A stretch of DNA of 64,000 bases from Octopus vulgaris (Eukaryota). Where the stretch lies: positions 8,184,001 through 8,248,000 of the forward strand of contig OX597842.1 in the NCBI GenBank assembly GCA_951406725.2, read 5' to 3'. The notes under the pieces are model-generated. The model worked only from the letters and a program-made list of their open reading frames with translations. It did not search any database and was not told the origin of the DNA. A program made the translations under genes and the position numbers. Positions 10,673-22,244 of the stretch are shown here, one piece after another (position 1 is the stretch's first letter; every line of letters begins with the position of its first letter).

Positions 10673-13052
10673 GTGTTGGTCAAGGGCCAACCTCGCCGCT
10701 AAGACGTCGGATGTGATGCCGCTTCTTATTGCCTCTTCTAACTTCTTAACTAACTAACTCTCTACTCTATTTCTATCTACGGCTAGTGCCTTGCTATATC
10801 TAATTGCTTCCACTTTAACTGCTCTCTTGAGGGTGAACCACCATTTGTTGTTGACAATGGCTCCCGTTAAAGCCCTTTTTACTAACGTGTTGATTCTGTC
10901 TCTGAAAACCTGTCTGGACGGGAAAGATGCGTTAAGTTTCCAGTAACCAGGACCCTGTCTATGTGCCTTATCTAAGTCTACCGTACACGTCACGAATTTG
11001 TGATCCGTGTAGCTGACTGTGGAATTGTGGACATCCTAAGTTATCCCTGTCTACTGTCCTACACAGTATCCTATCTAGATACGATCTCGACGACCCACTG
11101 CGGTTGCTCCATGTCCACGTTGGTGCATTTGGGTGGTCGAGTTGGTACCTGTCAGACAGTTGGAATCGTCTGAGCAGGTCTCTGAGGCATTTGCATCCCC
11201 TTCTGTTTTTGTCTCTCCCCACATAGTCTAGATGCGTGTCCAAGGTAGCATTCCAATCCCTCACTAAAAGTAAAGGACGAGACGTTACCAGGAATACTTC
11301 TAGACGTCGAAAGAAATCCGGCCGACCTGTTATAGGCGGTGCATAGACTGATACGAGTCGAAAAGCACACCCATTGCTGCCATCGACATCCAGAACGACC
11401 AGTCTACCCTCCGGGTCTACGAATATCGTCTTGACTTCGAGATCCAGGCTCTTGTGAAAAAGTACCGCGGTGCCACTACCGCCCATCCTTGGCACACAGG
11501 GAGCAAAATAAATGTTAAACTGTCTGCCAAACAGGGACTTTAGGGCCCGTGGAGTTTGGTCTCACTTATGGCTATGATTCCCAAATTGTGTGACTTGATG
11601 TCATTTAGGAGGTATCCTTGTTTCCAAGGAGACCCCAAACCACGCGCATTCACACAACCAATCTTGACCATGATTCTATTGGGGTGTGTGCAAACACAAA
11701 AAGGAAAGTACAGAGAGTTACTTACTTGTGTCGAAAGTTTTGGCTTCCTCGTCCTTTGATGTGTCTTCGAGGAGGTTTTTATAAAGTTTTTGGGAGAGAT
11801 ATTTTTGGAAACCCCCTACAGCATTTGGGAAGAGGGCTTTGAGTTTGTGGTGTTGTGTTTGTGTGATGTGTAGTATTTTGATGTGTTTGGGTGGTGTAGT
11901 GCGTGGATGGTTGTTAGTTTTGAAGTCATCTTCACAGATGACTGTGATGTACTCCATTAGTTTGGAGTCTTTGGTGTCTATTGCTGATAGCATTGTGTGT
12001 GTTTTTGTGGTGTTGGTGCTTGTTTGGTTGTGTATGGAGCTTTCAGGGTTCAGGTACCTCCCTGCTTTGGTTGCGTTTTCTTGTTTGTTTTTTCTTTTAT
12101 CTTTTTCTTTTACCCCCGGTGGCTATTTGCCATTCTGTCGAACTTTCATCATTAGATGAAAAGTCTGACGAATCAGCAGGGGGCAAGGGTAAAGCATCTG
12201 GGTCTGTTGTAGATATTGTTGTGGTGTGCGGGGGGTGGTGGTGATTGTCTCTCCTACATCCTTGGTGCTTGTCTTCTTCGTTGTTGTTCTCGGTGTTGGA
12301 ATTGGTTTAGTTGTTGGTGGTGGTGATGGTTCTGTTCTTGGTGCAGGTGGTGGTGTTGTTTGGTTGGGTTGGTCCGTTCTTTGTTGCTTTTCATGCATTT
12401 CTGCATATAGCTTCTTGATTAGCCGTCCATACTGTGGTGTGGGCAATAATGCTGGCTTTTGTGGTTTTTTCCTGTGGCTGTGGTTGTTGTTGTTTCACGG
12501 AAGATTTGCACTCCTTTTTGAGGTGTGTTTCACTGCCGCATGTATAGCAGCGTGGCCTTCTGCCCTCGACTACTACATACAATTTGCGGTCATCCACAAG
12601 ATGTACGTGGGTGGGAATTTTATTGATGTCGTCTTGACTTATGTGGAAGAGGAACTCCATTCTCTTTCCCAGCCAGTCCTTGTTTTTCGAAACACCGATA
12701 TCTATGATGTTTAAGTCCTCCATTTTGGATGTTAAGGCGGATGTTATCCACAGTGTTGTTGTTACTTGGGGGACATTATTGATAATGACCTTTGTCACCT
12801 TCTGGCCAAGGTAACTGGGTGTCATTGTTAGCTCATCTGAATGAAGAGTTAGCGTTGGGAACTGCTTTGCCAACTCTTCATTCTGAAAAACCACCTGTAC
12901 GTGGGCAAATTTGTTCGACCAAGTCACATGCTCCTTGTATCCCCAGATCGGGCGTAGGCACTTTTCTATTTTGTCCGTGCTTGCCTTTTCTGGACTTTTA
13001 GTTGTTTTATTTGTTATTTTATAAACAATGGTTTTCTTTTTTTCCTCATTCA
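10673..13052 (-). mobile_element. Tx1-clade element family D, copy 1 (ORF1 plus APE endonuclease, no RT)
   Basis: ORF1 with CYTCGSETHLKKEC knuckle. ORF2 APE motifs VYAP, DWNA, TWSN, SYLDRI and the Tx1-typical GPGYWKLNAS. Confidence 0.85.
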
Positions 13053-13375
13053 GATATAAATACAATACACAAAGCCCCTCCTCCCAGACCTGGCTTACAT
13101 TTCCCTTAGGAATGCGCCAGCTCTAGGTCGGTATCACAATTTATGACTCATCCTCAAAATAACAAACACAAATACTCCTTGTATCCCCAGATGGGGTGTA
13201 GGCACTTTTCTATTTTGTCCGTGCTTGCTTTTTCTAGACTTTTAGTTGTTTTGTTTGTTATTTTATAAATAATCCACCCTGCTGCATGATTTATCCTCAT
13301 CAGCTGCATAAACCTCGACAATATTTCAAATGTTGCCACATCTATGCCTGTACACTCGTCTGAACACCAAAACGT

Positions 13376-15608
13376 TAACAGAACGTTTTAGTATTTACAA
13401 TATAATGTGTACAGTATTTACAATATAGAGTTTACAAATTTAATATTACACAGTAGGGCAAGGAACCCAGCCACCCGGATAGAACCTTTACTTCCTGATC
13501 CGGCCACACTTACCTGGTGCCAAATATACCCAGCTTGCAAGCTACAGACTTCCATCTTTTCACAAACATATCTCGTGACAGACACCTCTTCTCCAGCCTG
13601 ATCTTAACCAACCCCTGGCTGTATACAAAGGTACCTGTCACTATACCTTTCGTACGTGTCTTCCATACTGTTTCTTTCAGTATGGCTACTACGCAGGAAA
13701 AACAAGCCTTCCTTTCCCTGCTGAGGAAGGGAGGTGGCACAATCTCAATGATAGGCTCCGCTGATAGCTGTACTCTTCCATTCACTGACAACAGTTGTTC
13801 GGCAAAAGCAATCAGTCCCAATAACTCCGGGCACTCCACGAATGCGTGCAAGACGGTTTCCCTATCCTGCTCACATCGCGGACATGTCAGCGAGATGGCA
13901 CTTCCGTGCCTTGACAGCTTGTCGTGAACAGGTAAAGCCGCACGGAAACACTGCCAGGCCAGGGATTTCTGGTAATTATCCAGGTACCCTGGCCCGAACG
14001 TTCTCCGGCACTACCGCCCATCCTCGGCAGACAGGGAGCAAAATAAATGTTAAACTGTCTGCCAAACAGGGACTTTAGGGCCCGTGGCTCGTGGAGTTTG
14101 GTGTCACTTATGGCTATGATTCCCAAATCGTGTGACTTGATGTCATTTAGGAGGTATCCTTGTTTCCAAGGAGACCCCCAAGCCACGCGCATTCACACAA
14201 CCAATCTTGACCATGATTCTATTGGGGTGTGTGCTTTAAAACACAAAAGGGAAGGTACAGAGAGTTACTTACTTGTGTCGAAAGTTTTGGCTTCCTCGTC
14301 CTTTGATGTGTCTTCGAGGAGGTTTTTATAAAGTTTTTGGGAGAGATATTTTTGGAAACCCCCTACAGCATTTGGGAAGAGGGCTTTGAGTTTGTGGTGT
14401 TGTGTTTGTGTGATGTGTAGTATTTTGATGTGTTTGGGTGGTGTAGTGCGTGGATGGTTGTTAGTTTTGAAGTCATCTTCACAGATGTTTGTGTGGGCTG
14501 TGATGTACTCCATTAGTTTGGAGTCTTTGGTGTTTATTGCTGATAGCATTGTGTGTGTTTTTGTGGTGTTGGTGCTTGTTTGGTTGTGTATGGAGCTTTC
14601 AGGGTTCAGGTATCCCCCTGATTTGGTTGCGTTTTCTTGTTTGGTTTTTCTTTTATCTTTTTCTCTTACCACCGGTGGCTATTTGCCATTCTGTCGAACT
14701 TTCATCATTAGATGAAAAGTCTGACGAATCAGCAGGGGGCAAGGGTAAAGCATCTGGGTCTGTTGTAGATATTGTTGTGGTGTGTGTGGGGGGGGCGGGG
14801 TGATTGTCTCTCCTACATCCTTGGTACTTGTCTTCGGTGTTGGAATTGGTTTAGTTGTTGGTGGTGGTGATGGTTCTGTTCTTGGCGCAGGTGGTGGTGT
14901 TGTTTGGTTGGGTTGGTCCGTTCTTTGTTGCTTTTCATGCATTTCTGCATATAGCTTCTTGATTAGCCGTCCATACTGTGGTGTGGGCAATAATGCTGGC
15001 TTTTGTGGTTTTTTCCTGTGGCTGTGGTTGTTGTTGTTTCGCGGCAGATTTGCACTCCTTTTTGAGGTGTGTTTCACTGCCGCATGTATAGCAGCGTGGC
15101 CTTCTGGCCTCGACTACTACATACAACTTGCGGTCATCCGCAAGATGTACGTGGGTGGGAATTTTATTGATGTCGTCTTGACTTATGTGGAAGAGGAACT
15201 CCATTCTCTTTCCCAGCCAGTCCTTGTTTTTCGAAACACCGATATCTATGATGTTTAAGTCCTCCATTTCGGATGTTAAGGTGGATGTTATCCACAGTGT
15301 TGTTGTTACTTCGGGGTCATTATTGATAATGACCTTTGTCACTTTGTGGCCAAGGTAACTGGGTGTCATTGTTAGCTCATCTGAATGAAGAGTTAGCGTT
15401 GGGAACTGCTTTGCCAACTCTTCATTCTGAAAAACCACTTGTACGTGGGTAAACTTGTTCGACCAAGTCACATACTCCTTGTATCCCCAGATGGGGCGTA
15501 GGCACTTTTCTATTTTGTCTGTGCTTGCCTTTTCTGGACTTTTAGTTGTTTTATTTGTTATTTTATAAACAATGGTTTTCTTTTTTTCCTCATTCAGTAT
15601 GTGTTGTG
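13376..15608 (-). mobile_element. Tx1 family D copy 2, internally deleted: APE start fused to the C-terminal zinc finger and 3' UTR
   Basis: 14007..15597 is near-identical to 11478..13052. 13510..14006 reads SLAWQCFRAALPV...CPRCEQDRETVLHAFVECP (zf-RVT-like). Confidence 0.8.
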
Positions 15609-16838
15609 GACGAGGACATTAATGAAATGAATGATAATGAAAGAAAGATGATGGGGATGGGAGAAGACAAAAAGCGCCCGCCGACTTCCGCCTCTCTAAA
15701 ACATTGTTCTTTTAAAAACAAACACAAAACGAGGTATTAAACCTCTTAGAATTTTTACAACTTTTCAATTTTTGGACTTAACAGTCCATTACTAACAACA
15801 ACATAGTTCAATAATTACATATGATATAAATACAATACACAAAGCCCCTCCTCCCAGACCTGGCTTACATTTCCCTTAGGAAGTGGCCAGCTCTAGGTTG
15901 GTATCACAATTTATGACTCATCCTCAAAATAACAAACACAAATACTCCTTGTATCCCCAGATGGGGTGTAGGCACTTTTCTATTTTGTCCGTGCTTGCTT
16001 TTTCTGGACTTTTAGTTGTGTTGTTTGTTATTTTATAAATAATCGTTTTCTTTTTTTCCTCATTCAGTATGTGTTGTGGTATATGTAATTGTATTTTGCC
16101 GTTTTCTTTGGCGATTAGGGCTCTGGAGTCTTTTATCTGCTGTGCAGTAAACGATACTCTTGTTATTTTTTCTTTTATCGCCTCAGCGAAGTTTGTTGTT
16201 GTTTTGTTTGTGTTTTGTTTCTGTTCTTGGCGCAGGTGGTGGTGTTGTTTGGTTGGGTTGGTCCGTTCTTTGTTGCTTTTCATGCATTTCTTGATTAGCC
16301 GTCCATAATGTGGTGTGTATAGCAGCGTGGCCTTCTGCCCTCGACTACTACATACAATTTGCGGTCATTCGCAAGATGTACGTGGGTGGGAAGCTTATTG
16401 ATGTCGTCTTGACTTATGTGGAAGAGAATCTCCATTCTCTTTCCCAGCCAGTCCTTGTTTTTCGAAACACCGATATCTATGATGTTTAAGTCCTCCATTT
16501 CGGATGTTAAGGCGGATGTTATCCACAGTGTTGTTGTTACTTGGGGGTCATTATTGATAATGACCTTTGTCACCTTCTGGCCAAGGTAACTGGGTGTCAT
16601 TGTTAGCTCATCTGAATGAAGAGTTAGCGTTGGGAACTGCTTTGCCAACTCTTCATTCTGAAAACCACCTGTACGTGGGCAAACTTGTTCGACCAAGTCA
16701 CATACTCCTTGTATCCCCAGATGGGGCATAGGCACTTTTCTATTTTGTCCGTGCTTGCCTTTTCTGGACTTTTAGTTGTTTTATTTGTTATTTTATAAAC
16801 AATGGTTTTCTTTTTTTCCTCATTCAGTATGTGTTGTG
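15609..16838 (-). mobile_element. Mosaic of ORF1-only element 3' UTR and scrambled family D ORF1 pieces
   Basis: 15609-15920 repeats 19298-19620. 15941-16838 consists of rearranged pieces of the family D ORF1. Confidence 0.75.
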
Positions 16839-17880
16839 GACGAGGACATTAATGAAGTGAATGATAATGAAAGAAAGATGATGGGGATGGGAGAAGACAA
16901 AAAGCACCCGCCGACTTCTGCCTCTCTAAAACATTGTTCTTTTAAAAACAAACACAAAACGAGGAATTAAACCTCTTACAATTTTTACAACTTTTCAATT
17001 TTTGGACTTAACAGTCCATTACTAACAACAACATAGTTCAATAATTACATATGATATAAATACAATACAGAAAGCCCCTCCTCCCAGACTCGACTTCAAA
17101 ATAACTTGTGCCCGCACCCTCCGCCATCCACCACGCCTCCCTCAGAATGTAATCGAGTTCCGTGTTAGCGTCACCCGGGACCAAGCTATAATCCTCATTG
17201 AGCTCCTTCAGCCCAAGCATCACGTCGAACGCCACGGCCTCCACAGCTACCTGCGGAGGCCATTCGGGGTCCTGTGTGAAGGCTAAAAGTGCTCCCTTAT
17301 GGTGCTTTTCCATCACCTTTTCAATCTCTCCGCTTCTATGGAAGAGGATCAATACATCGTTTTTCCTCGGGTGCGGGATATTCAATTCTTTCGTTGGCGG
17401 CACAGTCCCCGCCAACGGAATTTCTTCTCCTGTCGGTGGCACAACCCCAACTGACGTAGTTCCGGGACATTCCGGTACTATGTCACCGATTGCCGGTAAT
17501 GTCCTGTTTCTCTTCCTCTTTTTCTTTTTTTTCTTTTCAACTGAGGGAGGGTGCGTCTCCTCCGTGGCCGGAAGAGTCGCCTTTCCCTCCTCATCCCTAG
17601 TATCCTTTGGTGAGTACCCATTGTTGCTCACCTTCCTCTTTCGGCCTCTGTTTGAGGAGTCCTCCACTTCCTCGGCCGTTTTCATTCCCTTTTCTACAGG
17701 GGTTTCACTTAACTGCTCCGGGATCCTATTTTGTTCCTGGGGACAGTTTTTCTTTATATGGCCGGACTCCAAGCACCAATGACACCTAGGGGGGGGGGGG
17801 GCCTCAAGTATCACCGGGAACCTGCACCTGGCCATTTAAAAAAAATCTGGAAGAACCAGATTGGCTGATTGGGTCCAAAG
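16839..17880 (-). mobile_element. ORF1-only (HAL1-like) element family A, 3' half
   Basis: ORF 17038..17835 has CHWCLESGHIKKNC, a basic tract and the conserved C-terminal domain, running directly into the shared 3' UTR. Confidence 0.75.
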
Positions 17881-19297
17881 AGACCCCAAGCCACGCGCAT
17901 TCACACAACCAATCTTGACCATGATTTTATTGGGGTGTGTGCTTTAAAACACAAAAAGGAAAGTACAGAGAGTTACTTACTTGTGTCGAAAGTTTTGGCT
18001 TCCTCGTTCTTTGATGTGTCTTCGAGGAGGTTTTTATAAAGTTTTTGGGAGAGATATTTTTGGAAACCCCCAACAGCATTTGGAAAGAGGGCTTTGTGTG
18101 TGTGGTGTTGTTTGTGTGATGTGTAGTATTTTGATGTGTTTGGGTGGTGTAGTGCATGGATGGTTGTTAGTTCTGAAGTCATCTTCACAGATGACTGTGA
18201 TGTACTCCATTAGTTTGGAGTCTTTGGTGTCTATTGCTGATAGCATTGTGTGTGTTTTTGTGGTGTTGGTGCTTGTTTGGTTGTGTATGGAGCTTTCAGG
18301 GTTAAGGTACCTCCCTGCTTTGGTTGCGTTTTCTTGTTTGTTTTTTTTTTATCTTTTTCTTTTACCCCTGGTGGCTATTTGCCATTCTGTCGAACTTTCA
18401 TCGTTAGATGAAAAGTCTGACGAATCAGCAGGGGACAAGGGTAAAGCATATGGGTCTGTTTGTGCGGGGGGTGGTGGTGATTGTATCTCCTACATCCTTG
18501 GTGCTTGTCTTCGTTGTTGTTCTCGGTGTTGGAATTGGTTTAGTTGTTGGTGGTGGTGATGGTTCTGTTCTTGGCGCAGGTGGTGGTGTTGTTTGGTTGG
18601 GTTGGTCCGTTCTTTGTTGCTTTTCATGCATTTCTGCATATAGCTTCTTGATTAGCCGTCCATACTGTGTTGTGGGCAATAATGCTGGCTTTTGTGGTTT
18701 TTTCCTGTGGCTGTGGTTGTTGTTGTTTCGCGGCAGATTTGCACTCCTTTTTGAGGTGTGTTTCACTGCCGCATGTATAGCAGCGTGGCCTTCTGACCTC
18801 GACTACTACATACAACTTGCGGTCATCCGCAAGATGTACGTGGGTGGGAATTTTATTGATGTCGTCTTGACTTATGTGGAAGAGGAACTCCATTCTCTTT
18901 CCCAGCCAGTCCTTGTTTTTCGAAACACCGATATCTATGATGTTTAAGTCCTCCATTTCGGATGTTAAGGCGGATGTTATCCACAGTGTTGTTGTTACTT
19001 GGGGGTCATTATTGATAATGACCTTTGTCACCTTCTGGCCAAGGTAACTGGGTGTCATTGTTAGCTCATCTGAATGAAGAGTTAGCGTTGGGAACTGCTT
19101 TGCCAACTCTTCATTCTGAAAAACCACCTGTACGTGGGCAAACTTGTTCGACCAAGTCACATACTCCTTGTATCCCCAGATGGGGCATAGGCACTTTTCT
19201 ATTTTGTCCGTGCTTGCCTTTTCTGGACTTTTAGTTGTTTTATTTGTTATTTTATAAACAATGGTTTTCTTTTTTTCCTCATTCAGTATGTGTTGTG
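17881..19297 (-). mobile_element. Tx1 family D copy 3 (ORF1 plus first codons of APE)
   Basis: Near-identical to 14171..15608; ORF 18624..19160. Confidence 0.85.
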
Positions 19298-21494
19298 GAC
19301 GAGGACATTAATGAAATGAATGATAATGAAAGAAAGATGATGGGGATGGGAGAAGACAAAAAGCGCCCGTCGACTTCTGCCTCTCTAAAACATTGTTCTT
19401 TTAAAAACAAACACAAAACGAGGAATTAAACCTCTTACAATTTTTACAACTTTTCAATTTTTGGACTTAACAGTCCATTACTAAGAACAACATAGTTCAA
19501 TAATTACATATGATATAAATACAATACACAAAGCCCCTCCTCCCAGACCTGGCTTACATTTCCCTTAGGAATGTGCCAGCTCTTGGTCGGGGCCCCTCAA
19601 GTCGTATCACAATTTATGACTCGACTTCAAAATAACTTGTGCCCGCACCCACCGCCATCCACCACGCCTCCCTCAGAATGTAATCGAGTTCCGTTTTAGC
19701 GTCGCCTGGAACCAAGCTATAATCCTCATTGAGCTCCTTCAGCCCAAGCGTCACGTCGAACGCCACGGCCTCCACAGCTACCTGCGGAGGACAATAGGGG
19801 TCCTGTGTGAAGGCTAAAGGTGCTCCCTTATGGTGCTTTTCCATCACCTTTTCAATCTCTCCGCTTCTATGGAAGAGGATCAATACATCGTTTTTCCTCG
19901 GGTGCGGGATATTCAATTCCCGCCAACGGAGTTTCTTCTCCTGTCGGTGGCACAACCCCAACTGACGTAGTTCCAGGACATTCCGGTACTATGTCACCGA
20001 CTGCCGGCAATGTCCCGTTTCTCTTCCTCTTTTTTTTTTCTTTTCAACTGAGGGAGGGTGCGTCTCCTCCGTGGCCGGAAGATTCGCCTTTCCCTCCTCA
20101 TCCCTAGTATCTTTTGGTGAGCACCCATTGTTGCTCACCTTCCTCTTTCAGCCTCTGTTTGAGGAGTCCTCAACTTCCTCGGCCGTTTTCATTCCCTTTT
20201 CTACAGGGGTTTCACTTAAGTGCTCCGGGATCCTATTTTGTTCCTGGTGACAGTTTTTCTTTATATGGCCGGACTCCAAGCACCGATGACACCTAGTGGG
20301 GGGGGCGACCCTCAAGTATCACCGGGTACCTGCACCTGGCCATTTAAAAAAAATCTGGAAGAACCAGATTGGCTGATTAGGTCCAAAGGGTCAAAATTGT
20401 TTTTGACCCAACCCAAACAGCCGCAGGAAGAACTTTCACATTAAGAAGCTTAGTTCCGCTGCTACCCAGACCCCGGCGGATAGTATCCTTTATCCACTCG
20501 GGTTTTATCCCAGGTGGCAGCCCGCAGATCCAAGCTTTCGTCAGTCTCTTTCCATGGTACGTGGGCAGAAATAAAATTTCCTTACCCTCCAGGGATTTAC
20601 TAGCAAATTTGCATGCCTCTTGAAGGGTGTCAAATAGCAACCACACTGTTGCATATCTGACACCCCTGGAAATGAATTTAATTGTTGGCAAATACTCTGC
20701 CAACTCTTTTTCAATTGCCGTCTTTTCGAATAGGGCGATGGTGTCGAGTGCCTTGGAGTAGGTTCTCAACACCACCGTCCTATCTTCACAGTCTTTTAAC
20801 CACTTTTTAGGCGGTATAATCTCCCATTCCAAAATTTTGTCATTTTTCATTGCAATGTTTTTTTTTTTTTTTGAAATATATTCAAAATAAACTTAAAAAG
20901 TTTCAAAAGTCCAAAGAAAATTCGATAGATCTTTTGAAAAAATAAAGAAGATACAAAAAGGAGAAAGCACAACAGAAGGGAAGAAATCAACGGAAAGTCA
21001 CAATAAACAAAAAAAAAACAGAAAGGGGAGTTAAATAAAGTTCAAAAGAAAGTCAATAAACAGCAAAACACAGCAAAAATCTTCTGGCCTTACGGTACTC
21101 CCGGCCTGAGTTGAACCTGGAACGCTGCAACTGGAACACAACTTCCACAAAAATTGGTCCAAAAGGTAATCCAAAAGTGGCATATTCTTATAGTTTTCTT
21201 GCGAGATACGCCCACAAGAAGAATTCTCAATTCACCGTTACGGCCAAAATTCAACACTATTTTCAAACGAAAGTTTGGCAGGATACACCCACCAAACCAA
21301 TAATTTTCACAATTAAGTGAATATTTTCACTCAGCCTCAGGTTGCAACATACAACAGGTCCCCACGAGACCCCCAAAATTCTTACCTTACGGCTGAGTAT
21401 TCAAAAGTCTTCAATTTAAGACGGCTTTCAAAAACACATCTTACATCTGCGGTGTCCAGCACCACATTGACTTGCACATGCCTAGAAGCAACCT
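19298..21494 (-). mobile_element. ORF1-only (HAL1-like) element family A, 5' UTR plus ORF1 plus most of 3' UTR
   Basis: ORF1 starts MKNDKILEWEIIPP (20850), has RGVRYATVWLLF and LFLPTYHGKR motifs, and ends near 19614. No APE or RT follows. The 5' end abuts a SINE head. Confidence 0.75.
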
Positions 21495-21533
21495 GTTAGC
21501 AAGCTACTTACCACACAGCCACTCCTGTGCCTA
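21495..21533 (-). mobile_element. SINE S1 head fragment (target-site side)
   Basis: gttagcaagctacttaccacacagccactcctgtgccta matches the S1 head at 27254-27290 and 56443-56482. Confidence 0.9.
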
Positions 21534-21569
21534 TGGGTAATAAAGAAATTACTAGTCAGTTAAGGTGAG

Positions 21570-21885
21570 ACAGTGTCACGTGACAACTTGCTGGGGCTGC
21601 CTGCTGGAGTCTAGCAGCAGGTATTTAAAGGGAGAAATTTGACAAGACAGTCAGTCACCGGCTGACACTCGCTGACAAGACATCGAAGAGGCCAGGGAAC
21701 AGAAGAAAGAAGATATGCATCCAACACCAGAGCTGAAGACACCTCTGAAAGGATGGGCCCCGCCACGTCAAAATGGTAGAGGAGTAGGGGCCGAAACCGG
21801 ACGTGGTTCTTCCTGATGATGTCTTGAGCTAACTGGATCCTATAAAGGATCTGTTGAGGTAGCAGACCACGAAACACGGTTGTAA
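21570..21885 (+). mobile_element. Possible Penelope-type terminal repeat with degenerate tandem hammerhead cores
   Basis: CTGATGA (21813) ... CGAAAC acggtt GTA (21870-21884), plus an upstream ggcccc...ggggccGAAAC stem. Stem I does not close. Confidence 0.4.
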
Positions 21886-22160
21886 TTCCTCCTGTCACTA
21901 GTGATGACCTTCGATAAAAGATAGGGATTGACTTCCTGCTTTTCTTGTAGTTCACAAAATGCATTCAATCATGACTGCTTTTGATCTTCTGTGAGCAAGT
22001 GAGGCATAAATTTTGCTGCAACACTTTTCATTTGCAATTCCTCGCTCAAGATTCGTTGACAGGAGCTCCAGGACTCACCAGTCATATCAACAAGTTCGGT
22101 CAATTGTTCGGTGAATGCCTTCCAAAATCAGTTCATGAATTTTCATGATGTTTTCATTTG
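21886..22160 (-). mobile_element. Mariner transposase fragment
   Basis: Minus translation ELVDMTGESWSSCQRILSEELQMKSVAAKFMPHLLTEDQKQS*...SKVITSD resembles the mariner linker and first catalytic D region. Confidence 0.75.
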
Positions 22161-22222
22161 TTTGGGAGGGTTCACCCTGCTGCTTGGTGGGGCACCTGCC
22201 GGGTGCAGCCCCACCCTGCTGC

Positions 22223-22244
22223 ATGATGAAGCATTTGGCTACCT
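22223..22244 (-). rRNA. Short 28S rRNA fragment, downstream half of the R2 target site
   Basis: Minus strand AGGTAGCCAAATGCttCaTCAT versus the conserved 28S AGGTAGCCAAATGCCTCGTCAT (14 nt exact, 20/22 overall), located at the R2 3' end. Confidence 0.7.

Noticed and set aside
11839-12714. Hydrophobic plus-strand ORFs resembling membrane proteins (also 14386-15258, 17981-18947, 30422-31210, 33465-33983)
   Set aside because: They are antisense shadows of A/C-rich Tx1 ORF1 linkers.
13274-13290. 17-nt identity ccaccctgctgcatgat with 22211-22227 next to the R2 3' flank
   Set aside because: No extension on either side; a match of this length can plausibly arise by chance in 64 kb.
19533-19600. Stem-loop in the ORF1-only 3' UTR considered as SECIS or ribozyme
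   Set aside because: The ORF ends in TAA, no SECIS or ribozyme core is visible, and the segment is absent from the 37303 and 43578 subfamily.
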